Positions 52,667 through 62,155 of a DNA stretch of 64,000 nucleotides are shown in pieces. How positions within the stretch are numbered: position 1 is the stretch's first letter; every line of letters begins with the position of its first letter. This DNA comes from Candidatus Omnitrophota bacterium (GTDB taxonomy: Bacteria; Omnitrophota; Omnitrophia; Omnitrophales; Aquincolibacteriaceae): the NCBI GenBank assembly GCA_003140935.1, contig PLLJ01000045.1:2767-66766 (forward strand). The letters are read 5' to 3'. The notes beneath the pieces are model-generated. The model searched no databases, was not told the DNA's origin, and saw only the letters and a program-made list of their open reading frames with translations. Both the position numbers and the translations under genes were made by a program.

Positions 52667-52845
52667 GGGGTATGCGGTACAGCACTTGATTTTCATCCAA
52701 AAAATGATAGGAAATCAGTGCAGTCCAAGTCACCATCCATGTGAAGAAATAAAGACTTGGGCAGTACTGTTAACCCCTATCCGCCGAAGGACGGATCCGT
52801 CCGAAGAATTGTGGCGGAAAATCAAATGGAGAACAGTGCTAGCCA
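52667..52845. repeat. composite intergenic element (module G, module A, module B inverted)
   Basis: The 52768-52845 arm is nearly identical to the reverse complement of 37252-37325. The left end ggggtatgcggtac is the reverse complement of 37416-37429. Confidence 0.85.
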
Positions 52846-52853
52846 AGAAAAAA

Positions 52854-55337
52854 TTATTCCGTTACGATCTCGCAGAGAAAATCCTTCGCTTTGCCCTTGA
52901 GGATCTTGGCCTTCAGCTCCGCGACCGGGGCCGGAACGGGTTTCACTTCGGGGGCAAGCAAGGTCCCGGAAAACAGCATCGGGATAGGACCCCAATGGGC
53001 TTTTGGATTTTTTTTGCGGGAAGAAGCCATGTTCGGCAATAACTTCGCCGCAAGATCGATGGACAAGAACACGTCCGTCCGGAAATTCGCGAGCCCGTCA
53101 AACCCGAGCGTCCCTTCGCCGTCCAACACGTAATCTTTGCTCTCGACCAGGAAGTTGTCGGTCGTCACTTTGCCCTCCGCAAGCTTCCATTTAAAATTCA
53201 TCGAGTCAAAATCCTTCAGACCGGACCGGATCTTTCCAAGTCCCTGGAACGGTTCGATCATTGAAAGGGCGTCTTCGAGATCAAACGTCAGGAACTTGCC
53301 GCTCTTCAGGGTCCATTCGCCTTGCCCCGCCAAAGACTTGCTCCAGACTTCCGGTCCCCACCCGGTACCCGTCACCGAGCCTTTAAGATCCAGCGCTCCC
53401 TCAAGGACCTTCCCGCCCACGTCCTGACGGCCCAGAAAAAGCCCGAGGTCCACACCGTGGAATCCGCCTTCAAGATTGTACGCGGGCTCTTTGCCGCTGA
53501 AATTCAACGCGCCTTTGAGCTCGGCCTTCCCGCCGTAACCCTCGAATTGAAGGGACGGGACATTCCATACGTTTTTCTCGTAGAGGACATCCGCTGAGAC
53601 ATTCTTGAGGATCTGATCTTTCGGACAGATCGTCTGGACGAATTCTTTCGCGCGACCGAGGGCGGTCATCCCGGCGCCCTCCTCCTTATGCGGTAAAAAA
53701 GCCGTGACCGCTTGCCAAACCTCCAGCGGCTTCAATGCTCCCGCAGACACCTTCAGGATGACTTGCGGTCTTTCCGGAATTCCTTCGATCCTCAGGTCCG
53801 CCACGATGGGCGAGCCGCCGATCTCGAATTGCATCTGCCGGCCTTCCAGCATGAGCGGACTGTAATCCAGGGAAAGCGACGCGTTGCGGAACCCCGGACC
53901 TTCAGGGACTGTCCAGGACACTTTATCGAATGTGAGGTTAAAAATGTGCTCGGTCTTCTCCAGTTTGCGGAGATCCCCTCTCCAATTCGACATCAGCTTG
54001 ACATCGCCTCCCAGCTTGTAACTTTGAAGCGCGGGAATATATTGTTCCCAACCGTTCACGGAGAACTTGTTGGTGATCAAATTGAGCTGTCCCTCCCCGG
54101 TTTTCAGGTCCAGGTCCTTCAAATTCCCTTTCATGCTCAATTCTTTGAATTTCACGGCAAAATCACCGCCCAGTTTCGCTCCTTTCTGAAGGAGAAGATC
54201 GAAGCTCAGATCCAGCGGAATGTCTTTGGGCTTTGTGAAATATTGACCGTAAGAGAGAAGCGCACGCGCAAGATCCCAGGCGAAATGAAGCGACAGATGG
54301 TCCAGCGTTCCTTCCATGGAAAGAGCCCACTTCCCGGGGCCTGAAAATCCGATATCAAAAGGAAGCGCTTTTCCGAGAGCCGGCCAATATTTCAAAATAT
54401 CTTCAAGCGCCATGTCCGAACCCGCAACATGCACGCCACTGATCTCTCCCGTATTCAGTTTCATGCTTCCGTTCGTTTCGATCTCGCCGAAGGGGAGTTT
54501 GACGAGTCCCTTGTGAAGCTTCAATTCCGTTGTGTCGTTGTTCCAAGCGGCCGTGATTCTCCACTCGGCGTCAAGCGCGGGCAACGCAACCCAAGCGTCC
54601 CCTTGTGACACTTCATAAGAAAGTCCCTTTCCGGCTCCTACCACGTTCAATTCAAGAAAAACCTCTTGCGCTTTTTTCTGGATCTCCACGGAGGTATCGA
54701 TCTGGCCCCCCTTCATAAGGAAGGGCTTTTTCGGACCGGACGCGAGCCCCCCTGCCGTGTCCCCCAGCGAAAGCTGTTTGAGTTCCACCGCCACATACCC
54801 GCTCGCCTTCTCCCAGTTCCACTTTTCGACGGAATCCAGCACGACATGGCCTTTCATCACAAGTGCGTTCGGTTTCCCGGCCAGATCTGTGGTGAAATAG
54901 AACGGAATGGGGATCTTGGGACGGACGGCACCGACCCGAAGCGAGAAATTCTTGAAACGTACCGGATTTAAAAAATCCAGACCGGGAAGGGAAATCTCGG
55001 CTTTACCGGATTGCACATAAAAAGCTGCGGGTTCCACCCGCCCGAGAAGAAGGGGAAGGATATTAAAATCAAATTGGATCTTTTCCGCTTCCACGACGAG
55101 CGGATGATCGGCAAAGGTTAATTGCACATGCTCGAAAACGAGCTTGGGCTGGGGGAAGTAACCCACCTGGGCTTTCTGATATTTCAATGTCCCCGCGGTG
55201 ATCGCTTGGATCTTTTGGATCAGAAGTTCATGGAGTTTTTCGGAGGGAAGGAAACGATGGGCTTGGAACCAAAGGCCCGAAACAAAAATAACGAGGAGAA
55301 GAACGAACGATAGCAGCAATGCCTGGCTTTTTTTCAT
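52854..55337 (-). CDS. AsmA-family outer-membrane biogenesis protein
   Basis: 827 aa. Single N-terminal anchor MKKSQALLLSFVLLLVIFVSGLW, then a long beta-rich periplasmic body. Confidence 0.65.
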   Translation of the reverse strand: MKKSQALLLSFVLLLVIFVSGLWFQAHRFLPSEKLHELLIQKIQAITAGTLKYQKAQVGYFPQPKLVFEHVQLTFADHPLVVEAEKIQFDFNILPLLLGRVEPAAFYVQSGKAEISLPGLDFLNPVRFKNFSLRVGAVRPKIPIPFYFTTDLAGKPNALVMKGHVVLDSVEKWNWEKASGYVAVELKQLSLGDTAGGLASGPKKPFLMKGGQIDTSVEIQKKAQEVFLELNVVGAGKGLSYEVSQGDAWVALPALDAEWRITAAWNNDTTELKLHKGLVKLPFGEIETNGSMKLNTGEISGVHVAGSDMALEDILKYWPALGKALPFDIGFSGPGKWALSMEGTLDHLSLHFAWDLARALLSYGQYFTKPKDIPLDLSFDLLLQKGAKLGGDFAVKFKELSMKGNLKDLDLKTGEGQLNLITNKFSVNGWEQYIPALQSYKLGGDVKLMSNWRGDLRKLEKTEHIFNLTFDKVSWTVPEGPGFRNASLSLDYSPLMLEGRQMQFEIGGSPIVADLRIEGIPERPQVILKVSAGALKPLEVWQAVTAFLPHKEEGAGMTALGRAKEFVQTICPKDQILKNVSADVLYEKNVWNVPSLQFEGYGGKAELKGALNFSGKEPAYNLEGGFHGVDLGLFLGRQDVGGKVLEGALDLKGSVTGTGWGPEVWSKSLAGQGEWTLKSGKFLTFDLEDALSMIEPFQGLGKIRSGLKDFDSMNFKWKLAEGKVTTDNFLVESKDYVLDGEGTLGFDGLANFRTDVFLSIDLAAKLLPNMASSRKKNPKAHWGPIPMLFSGTLLAPEVKPVPAPVAELKAKILKGKAKDFLCEIVTE

Positions 55338-55519
55338 GGCTCCCGATCTCTTGCTGGCACTGCGTCACGATGTGTTTTAAGGGCCCGCAGTACCGTACCG
55401 TGCACCCGCAGAAACTGAAATGACACGGTGCTGGAACCGCGCCTCCCGGGAAGACCCGGATCAAACCCTGAAGAAGACCCCTGCACGGCTCGCGCCGGAG
55501 AAACTCGGGAAAACCGCGA

Positions 55520-55645
55520 TTATGGGTTCGGATTGGACGACATCGCACCCACCGGATGATAATTATAATCGTCCATAAATCCCTGGCAACCGGTCAGAAC
55601 AAAAACAAGCGCGAGAAAGAACAGCCCGAGTAACAAAAGTCGCAT
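55520..55645 (-). CDS. 41-aa lipoprotein candidate translationally coupled to rpsI
   Basis: Below the ORF-track size cut-off. My translation is MRLLLLGLFFLALVFVLTGCQGFMDDYNYHPVGAMSSNPNP*. It has a lipobox (LTGC), and its ATG overlaps the rpsI stop (TAATG). Confidence 0.4.
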   Translation of the reverse strand: MRLLLLGLFFLALVFVLTGCQGFMDDYNYHPVGAMSSNPNP

Positions 55646-56043
55646 TAACGTTTCGTGAACTGGAAGCTTCTGCGAGCGCCTTTACGACCCGGTTTCTTTC
55701 TTTCTTTCTCTCTGGGGTCACGGGTCATAAAACCGCCCTTGCGCATCGTCGCGCGCATTTCGGGGTTGAGACCCACAAGCGCCCGGGCGATCCCGAGCTG
55801 GATCGCACCCGCCTGGCCGGCCACTCCGCCGCCCTGGACGCGGGCGCGGATACGCACTTGTCCGAGAAGGTTCGCGGATTTGAGCGGTTGTTCGACAAGC
55901 ATCTGAAGGTTCGCGCGTTTCAGATATTTTGCGGAATCCTGCCCGTTCACGATAAAACCCTTTTGTCCCGGGAAAACCCACACGCGGGCAATGGCGGTTT
56001 TACGGCGTCCGGTAGCATACATCAGTGTCGCGGGAGCGGTCAT
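55645..56043 (-). CDS. rpsI: 30S ribosomal protein S9
   Basis: GGGVAGQAGAIQLGIARAL and a C-terminus ending in KR. Confidence 0.92.
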   Translation of the reverse strand: MTAPATLMYATGRRKTAIARVWVFPGQKGFIVNGQDSAKYLKRANLQMLVEQPLKSANLLGQVRIRARVQGGGVAGQAGAIQLGIARALVGLNPEMRATMRKGGFMTRDPREKERKKPGRKGARRSFQFTKR

Positions 56044-56048
56044 ACGGA

Positions 56049-56477
56049 TTAAACCTCGATCTTAATGGGTTGTTGCGCTTTATTCCGGTATTCCGTACCG
56101 GGGTAAACGCGAAGTCTCTTGAGCATCACATCGCCGATCCGGTTCTTCGGAAGCATGCGCTTGACGGCGCGCATGATGATCTCCGCCGGATTTTTTTCCA
56201 TGAGCTGTTCATAGGTATAAGTCTTCAGACCGCTTGAAAAGCCGGTGTAATGGGTATAGATCTTATCTTCTTTCTTGTTCCCCGTCACATGGACCTTCTT
56301 GGCGTTGATCACGATCACCTGATCCCCGGTAAGTTTATCCGGCATGAAGCAGGTCTTGCCTTTACCGATCAAAAGGGACGCAATCTTGGTGGACATCCGC
56401 CCGAGAGTCTTCCCGTCGGCGTCGATCATATACGTCTTTCGCGCGATGTCTTTTTCAGTGGGAATAAAAGTCTTCAT
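56049..56477 (-). CDS. rplM: 50S ribosomal protein L13
   Basis: KTLGRMSTKIASLLIGK and the YTHYTGF context. 142 aa. Confidence 0.92.
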   Translation of the reverse strand: MKTFIPTEKDIARKTYMIDADGKTLGRMSTKIASLLIGKGKTCFMPDKLTGDQVIVINAKKVHVTGNKKEDKIYTHYTGFSSGLKTYTYEQLMEKNPAEIIMRAVKRMLPKNRIGDVMLKRLRVYPGTEYRNKAQQPIKIEV

Positions 56478-56563
56478 GATCTTCTTTTCTGTTTAGTTTG
56501 GAACAGGCAGTCGGAAAGGCGAGAAACCTTCTTGCGACTCAAAATATCTTGAAAAGTCTGCGG

Positions 56564-56592
56564 AGTATAACAAAAACCCCTTGGGGTGTCAA
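56564..56592 (-). promoter_or_regulatory. near-consensus sigma70-type promoter of rplM-rpsI
   Basis: The minus strand reads TTGACA-ccccaaggggtttttgt(17 nt)-TATACT. It would give a leader of about 80 nt containing the hairpin agtcg...cgact. Confidence 0.55.
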
Positions 56593-56745
56593 ACTTTTAC
56601 CCCTCTTTTTTTACCTAGGCTTTTCCGGCCAGGGTCCCGGGATGAATGCCTGTAGAGACAAAAAACACCGTTTGATAGTTGGGATTGCCGTCCCTTGTGA
56701 AGATCCGTTCGCAGCCGCTTTAAAAGACCGCTTTTGACTCAAAAC

Positions 56746-56770
56746 AAAAAAACCTTTTCCTGCCGGAAGG
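56746..56770 (-). terminator. terminator candidate downstream of truA
   Basis: The minus strand has an imperfect hairpin ccttccggcaggaaaagg followed by TTTTTTT. Confidence 0.4.
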
Positions 56771-56828
56771 CTAACACATTATTTGAATTAGGCAAGACCT
56801 CCGGATTGTTTAAATACGGCCCTTCGGA

Positions 56829-57596
56829 TCAATACGTAACCCTCATCAGGGTTAGACCTTCGGAGGGTGCCGTCGTACCGGCAAAACGCCGGTCCTTGGC
56901 CTTAAGAATGGCGGCGATATCCCCAACCTTTCGCTTCCCTCTCCCCACTTCCAAGAGCGTTCCCACCATATTCCGGATCATGTGATAAAGAAATCCATCC
57001 GCTTCGACATGCATGAGGATGAGGTGCCCTTGCCGCTTGATCTGGAAGCACTTGATCGTCCGGACGCAGGAATTTCCTTTTTTCATGGACGACACGGAAG
57101 TAAAGGAACGGAAGTCATGCTCGCCCATCAGAGACTTGGCAGCTCTCCGCATCGCGGCAAGATTCAGAGAGTACGGAACATGGAAGGCCCGGCCCGCGAC
57201 AAGAGGCGAGCGGCAAGGGTGGTTCCAGATCCGGTATTCATAGACCTTGGAACGGACGCTATAGCGGGCATGAAAACAGTCGGGGACTTCTTCAATGTCT
57301 TTGACCGCCACGGCGGGCGGCAAAAGCGCGTTGAGGCCTTTTTGGATCTGCTTCAGTCCGTGAGCGCTTGAGGTCCTGAAGTTGACCACCTGGCCCTCAG
57401 CATGAACGCCGGTGTCCGTGCGGCCGCTCGCGGCCGCGATCTTCATTTTGCAGTCAAAAAATCCGGAAAGGGCCTTCTCAAGAACTTCCTGGATGGTCGG
57501 CTGGCCGGGCTGTTTCTGGAACCCGAAGAACATCGATCCGTTGTATTCGAGGACAAGCTTGATGTTTCTCATAAGGGTCGACAAGCCACGGAACAC
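56829..57596 (-). CDS. truA: tRNA pseudouridine(38-40) synthase
   Basis: GRTDTGVHAEGQV catalytic Asp motif. The probable true start is MRNIKLVLEYNG (ATG 57572). Confidence 0.88.
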   Translation of the reverse strand: MFRGLSTLMRNIKLVLEYNGSMFFGFQKQPGQPTIQEVLEKALSGFFDCKMKIAAASGRTDTGVHAEGQVVNFRTSSAHGLKQIQKGLNALLPPAVAVKDIEEVPDCFHARYSVRSKVYEYRIWNHPCRSPLVAGRAFHVPYSLNLAAMRRAAKSLMGEHDFRSFTSVSSMKKGNSCVRTIKCFQIKRQGHLILMHVEADGFLYHMIRNMVGTLLEVGRGKRKVGDIAAILKAKDRRFAGTTAPSEGLTLMRVTY

Positions 57597-57619
57597 GAAA
57601 ATCTTGCGTGGTACGTGGT

Positions 57620-58624
57620 TCAGCTTGCGAAAGCAAGCTCGGCGATCTGGATGGCGTTCAAGGCCGCGCCTTTGCGGATCTGATCGCCGGAAACGAACAT
57701 CGAAAACCCGTTCGCTACGGTCGGATCCTCGCGCAAACGCCCGACGAGAATGTTGTCTTGTCCGGTCGCCTCAAGCGGCATGGGAAAATAATTCTTCTCG
57801 CGATCATCGATCACCTCGATGCCGGGAGCCTTGGAAAGGAGTTTACGCACTTCGTCGACCGAGATCTTTTTCTCCGTCTCGATGAAAAGCGCTTCGGAAT
57901 GCGCGCGCAATACCGGCACGCGGACGCAGGTCGCGGTCACCCGGATCTCCGCATCATGAAAGATCTTCTGGGTCTCCTTCACCATCTTGGTCTCTTCTTC
58001 GCAATAACCATCCGGTCCGATCTTCGAATTATGCGAGAACACATTGAACGCGATCTGATGCGGCAGGACCTGTTTCTTGACGGGCCTTCCGGCAAGAAAG
58101 TCCTGGGCCTGGGTCTTAAGTTCCTCCATGGCCTTCGCCCCGGCGCCGCTCGCGGCCTGGTAGGTGGCGGCGATGATGCGCTTGATCTTTGCGACTTTAT
58201 GGATCGGGAAAAGCGGTACGAGCATAATAATGGTAGAGCAGTTCGGGTTCGCGATAATGCCTTTATGCTTGGCGATATCTTCGGGATTGATCTCCGGCAC
58301 GACAAGCGGGATCGCCGGGTCCATGCGGAACGCGCTGGTATTGTCCACCATGAGCGCGCCGGCCTTGACGATGTGTGGCGCAAGTTCGCGGCTGATCGCC
58401 CCGCCCGCGCTTGAAAGCACCAGGTCCAGTCCGTCAAAAGAAACGGGCGAGGCTTCTTCGACCGGGTAATTCTTTCCCATGAATCCGATCTGTTTTCCGG
58501 CCGAACGGCCCGAGGCCAAAAGTCTCAGTTCTGCGATCGGAAACTTCCGCTCCTTCAAGAGCTCCAGAAATTCCTGCCCTACGGCACCGGTCGCGCCCAA
58601 GACTGCCACTTTTAATTTTCGCAT
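57620..58624 (-). CDS. asd: aspartate-semialdehyde dehydrogenase
   Basis: VLGATGAVG and IANPNCSTI (catalytic Cys). Confidence 0.9.
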   Translation of the reverse strand: MRKLKVAVLGATGAVGQEFLELLKERKFPIAELRLLASGRSAGKQIGFMGKNYPVEEASPVSFDGLDLVLSSAGGAISRELAPHIVKAGALMVDNTSAFRMDPAIPLVVPEINPEDIAKHKGIIANPNCSTIIMLVPLFPIHKVAKIKRIIAATYQAASGAGAKAMEELKTQAQDFLAGRPVKKQVLPHQIAFNVFSHNSKIGPDGYCEEETKMVKETQKIFHDAEIRVTATCVRVPVLRAHSEALFIETEKKISVDEVRKLLSKAPGIEVIDDREKNYFPMPLEATGQDNILVGRLREDPTVANGFSMFVSGDQIRKGAALNAIQIAELAFAS

Positions 58625-58697
58625 CTTAGTATTTCTCCTGTAACGTTCAGAGTCGAGCCTACAGGGAATAGTTTCTCTATACCCTGAACTCTATCCC

Positions 58698-59777
58698 CTA
58701 GATCCTGTTTTTCGGATCCAATCCCTTCACTACAAGATCCCCGACCTCCGTGGTGGAATATCCCATCTTTCCCGCCGCAAGGCTTTTGAGTTTCTTCGCC
58801 GTCACCCATTTTACGGATGCTTCGATCGCGGCGGCCGCTTTCTCTTCCCCGAGAACTTCGAGCATCATTTGTCCGGCGCAGATCGCCGCGAGAGGATTGA
58901 TCACGTTCAGGCCGGTGTACTTCGGCGCGGATCCGCCGATCGGCTCGAACATGGAAACACCCTGAGGATTCAAATTGCCCCCGGCCGCGATCCCCATACC
59001 TCCCTGGATCATGGCGCCAAGGTCGGTGATGATATCCCCGAACATGTTGTCCGTTACGATCACGTCGAACCATTCGGGGTTCTTGATCATCCACATACAG
59101 GTCGCGTCCACATGCGCGTAGTCCCTTTTGATATCCGGAAAATCTTTGGCTCCCACCTCGTGAAAAATGCGCTCCCAAAGGTCCCAAGCGTAAGTTAGAA
59201 CATTGGTCTTCCCGCAAAGCGTGAGCGTCTTTTTCTTGGAATTACGCTTACGGGTATACTCAAAGGCATAGCGCAAACAGCGCTCAACGCCCTTGCGGCT
59301 GTTGCGGCTCACCTGGATCGCCACTTCATCCGGTTGCCCCTTATGGATGAATTCTCCCTCGCCGACATAAAGGCCTTCGTTATTTTCGCGGACCACGACG
59401 AAATCGATATCCTCCGGTTTTTTATTCTTGAGCGGGCAATCCACGCCGGGGAAAAGCTTTATGGGACGGAGATTGATGTATTGTTCCAGGGAAAAACGGA
59501 GTTTGAGAAGAAGCCCTTTCTCCAGGATCCCGGGCTTTACATCCGGATGCCCGACGGCCCCGAGATAGATCGCCTGGTAACCCCGGAGCTCCTGGATCAC
59601 GCTATCCGGAAGCACTTCCCCGGTCCTTTTATAGCGCTCCCCCCCGAGATCATATTCATGCCGGTCGAGTTTAAAGCCGTACTTTTCGGAAGCGGCCGTT
59701 AAAACCTTATTCCCTTCACGGATGACCTCCGTACCGGTCCCGTCTCCCGGGATCACTGCGATCTTGTATGCTTTCAT
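58698..59777 (-). CDS. isopropylmalate/tartrate dehydrogenase-family oxidative decarboxylase
   Basis: [10 protein letters not shown] and [29 protein letters not shown] cannot discriminate the subfamily (LeuB versus tartrate/D-malate dehydrogenase) by eye. Confidence 0.8.
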   Translation of the reverse strand: MKAYKIAVIPGDGTGTEVIREGNKVLTAASEKYGFKLDRHEYDLGGERYKRTGEVLPDSVIQELRGYQAIYLGAVGHPDVKPGILEKGLLLKLRFSLEQYINLRPIKLFPGVDCPLKNKKPEDIDFVVVRENNEGLYVGEGEFIHKGQPDEVAIQVSRNSRKGVERCLRYAFEYTRKRNSKKKTLTLCGKTNVLTYAWDLWERIFHEVGAKDFPDIKRDYAHVDATCMWMIKNPEWFDVIVTDNMFGDIITDLGAMIQGGMGIAAGGNLNPQGVSMFEPIGGSAPKYTGLNVINPLAAICAGQMMLEVLGEEKAAAAIEASVKWVTAKKLKSLAAGKMGYSTTEVGDLVVKGLDPKNRI

Positions 59778-59907
59778 AATGGCCTTTTTCTCCTTGTTCG
59801 CTTTAAGTTAGGACGCCGAATGTTTTTTCGCGGAAAAGTGTATCGTTTAAAAATGCGAAGGGCGGATTCTATACTGTTCTCTATTAAATTTAAAGAGTTA
59901 ACAGTAT

Positions 59908-59953
59908 TGCCCCAATTTCATCTGTGATGAAATTGATTGGAATTGGGACTATG
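59908..59953. repeat. module-C hairpin
   Basis: ccccaatttcatc-tgt-gatgaaattg attgg aattgggac, 3' of glgA. Confidence 0.75.
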
Positions 59954-59960
59954 TCAAGAT

Positions 59961-61433
59961 TCAGCTTTTTTCAATCTTTACCGGACGTCGCTTCACCGAC
60001 TCGTAAAGCTTCTCATATTTCCTGGCCGAGGCGTCCCATGAAAAGTCGCTTTCCATGGCATTCTTCACGAGCGAGTTCCAAAGTTTTTCCTGTTTGAATG
60101 TTTTGACCGCGCGAAGAAGGACGGTATGCAGCGCATCGCTCGTATAATCCTCAAAAGTAAATCCGTTCCCTTTTTGGGACGTGAATTCGAAGTTCTGGAC
60201 CGTGTCCGCCAAACCGCCGGTGGCGCGGACGATCGGCACCGTCCCGAAGCGAAGTCCGATGATTTGTCCCAACCCGCACGGCTCGTAATAGGAAGGGATG
60301 AGCAGCATGTCGGAACCCGCATAGATCCTTTTGGCCATTTTCGGATCGAACATGATGTGTACCGCAAGCCACTTTTTGTTCTTCTTCGCAAGATCCCGGA
60401 GGATCTGATGGTATTTGTCCTCGCCGGTCCCGAGCAATACCATTTGAATGTCCTGCTGTTGGGAGAGCTGCTCGATCGCCGGGACCAGAATATCCAACCC
60501 CTTCTGGTCCACGAGGCGCGCCACAAAACCAAGAAGAGGAATATTCGGGTCGACCTTCAAACCGTTCTCTTTTTGGAGCGCAGCCTTGTTGAGTTTTTTC
60601 CCGGAAAGGTCTTTTAAGTCATACTTCGCGTCAAGGTCCGGATCGGTGGCCGGATCCCAATCCTTCGGGTCGATCCCGTTGATGATCCCCGTCACGCTGT
60701 CCTTGCGCGCAGCAAGCACGCCCTCCATCCCGCACCCGAACTCCTTGGTCTGGATCTCGCGGCTGTAGCGTTCACTTACGGTCGTCACCTCGTCAGCAAA
60801 GACAAGTCCCCCTTTCAAAAAACTGAATTTCCCGTAGAACTCCAGAAAATCGGACTTGTAGAATTCCCATCCCAAACCTGTTGCCAGAAAAGAGTCGGGA
60901 GGAAAGTTCCCCTGGTACGCAAGATTGTGGACGGTGAATACGCTTCGCGCTTTTTGGAAAGGCGTGTAGCCTGTTTCCGTGGTCTTGAGATAGACAGGAA
61001 TGAGACCTGTCTGCCAGTCGTGGCAATGGACAATATCCGGGGCCAATTTTAATTTTTCAATAGACTTGAGCGCGGCCCGCTGAAAATAGGTGAAACGGCG
61101 GTCGTTGTCCTGATAATCCCCGACCAGTGTCCCGTAAAGCTCCTCCCGCATGAAATAATCGGGGTGTTCGATGAAATACACCTTGACCCCATTGGCCAGT
61201 TTTTTCAAAAAAACACGCGTGGCCTCGAGCTGGTTCCCCACGATCAATTCGAAATAATCGATCGCGGTTTGGAGCTCCCACTTTTGGATGTCGATGGAAC
61301 GGTAGCGTGGCAAAAAAACCGACACTTCGTGGCCTAAGGCGTGGACCGCACTGGCAAGGGAATCGACAACATCCCCGAGGCCCCCTGTCTTGGCGAAGGG
61401 GGCCATCTCGGAACTGATGAAGAGGATCTTCAA
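59961..61433 (-). CDS. glgA: glycogen synthase
   Basis: MKILFISSEMAPFAKTGGLGDVV and the GT5 C-terminal motifs. Confidence 0.9.
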   Translation of the reverse strand: MKILFISSEMAPFAKTGGLGDVVDSLASAVHALGHEVSVFLPRYRSIDIQKWELQTAIDYFELIVGNQLEATRVFLKKLANGVKVYFIEHPDYFMREELYGTLVGDYQDNDRRFTYFQRAALKSIEKLKLAPDIVHCHDWQTGLIPVYLKTTETGYTPFQKARSVFTVHNLAYQGNFPPDSFLATGLGWEFYKSDFLEFYGKFSFLKGGLVFADEVTTVSERYSREIQTKEFGCGMEGVLAARKDSVTGIINGIDPKDWDPATDPDLDAKYDLKDLSGKKLNKAALQKENGLKVDPNIPLLGFVARLVDQKGLDILVPAIEQLSQQQDIQMVLLGTGEDKYHQILRDLAKKNKKWLAVHIMFDPKMAKRIYAGSDMLLIPSYYEPCGLGQIIGLRFGTVPIVRATGGLADTVQNFEFTSQKGNGFTFEDYTSDALHTVLLRAVKTFKQEKLWNSLVKNAMESDFSWDASARKYEKLYESVKRRPVKIEKS

Positions 61434-61455
61434 GGAAAACTAAAAACGTGCCGTC

Positions 61456-61773
61456 TTATTTTGCGACTTCGATAATGCAGTTCCAGCTGCCGAAAGCATT
61501 GGGAACACATTCGACCGGCTCTTGCGCGTTCTGCCAAACCCCGTCCACCAGATAGCGGTACTGATAACGTCCGTTCTTGAGCTTGAGGGACGCTTTCCAA
61601 TTTCCCGTTGCATCTTTCGTAAGAGGGGTCTTGTTTGCTTTCCAATTGTTAAAATCGCCGCCCACCTCGACTTTTTTGGCTTGCGGGGCGTAAAATTTAA
61701 AATTTATGGTCTTTTCGCAAGTGCTGGTGCTGGAACTGGAGGTGGGACAACATTTCGTCGACATCTTTGCCAT
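61456..61773 (-). CDS. CBM48 / early-set glycogen-binding domain protein
   Basis: FKFYAPQAKKVEVGGDFNNW...YQYRYLVDGVW, upstream of glgA. Confidence 0.7.
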   Translation of the reverse strand: MAKMSTKCCPTSSSSTSTCEKTINFKFYAPQAKKVEVGGDFNNWKANKTPLTKDATGNWKASLKLKNGRYQYRYLVDGVWQNAQEPVECVPNAFGSWNCIIEVAK

Positions 61774-61891
61774 AAAAAACTCCTTTTTTGTTTAATGGGT
61801 GATCCATGTGCGAAAGAGAATTGCAGCGAGGGATTATATATCAGAAAAAACAGCTTGCCAAGAAACATCTCCTCACTATAATAACCCGCCT

Positions 61892-62155
61892 ATGAGAACC
61901 TGTGCCATCTGCAAAAAGAAGCCTTTAACGGGCAATTCCATCGTGCGTCGTGGTCTTGCGAAAAAGACCGGCGGTATTGGTAAAAAGATCTCCGGGATTA
62001 CGCGCCGCCGCTTCTTCCCGAACCTCCAGAGGGTGAAGGTCCTCTTCTTGAATGGAACGGTACGCCGCATCAATGTTTGCGTAAGCTGTCTGAAGGCCGG
62101 AAAAGTCAAAAAAGCTCCTTCCCGTCGTTCTTACACCCCGACTCCGGCCGCTTAA
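61892..62155 (+). CDS. rpmB: 50S ribosomal protein L28
   Basis: I start it at MRTCAICKKKPLTGNS (ATG 61892). RRRFFPNLQ motif. Converges on recJ with a 4-nt overlap. Confidence 0.85.
   Translation: MRTCAICKKKPLTGNSIVRRGLAKKTGGIGKKISGITRRRFFPNLQRVKVLFLNGTVRRINVCVSCLKAGKVKKAPSRRSYTPTPAA

Noticed and set aside
55228-55548. Track ORF of 106 aa on the minus strand downstream of rpsI.
   Set aside because: Its composition is Arg/Pro/Cys-rich and it has no start context. The 41-codon lipoprotein frame explains the upstream part of the spacer better.
56478-56563. A ribosomal-protein L13 leader RNA motif in the rplM 5' UTR.
   Set aside because: A hairpin (agtcg...cgact) exists, but I cannot match it to a known leader family by eye.
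14588-59953. Whether the dispersed hairpin repeats form a CRISPR array.
   Set aside because: There is no regular repeat-spacer periodicity. Copies are single or in mixed composites scattered over 45 kb. No cas genes are present.
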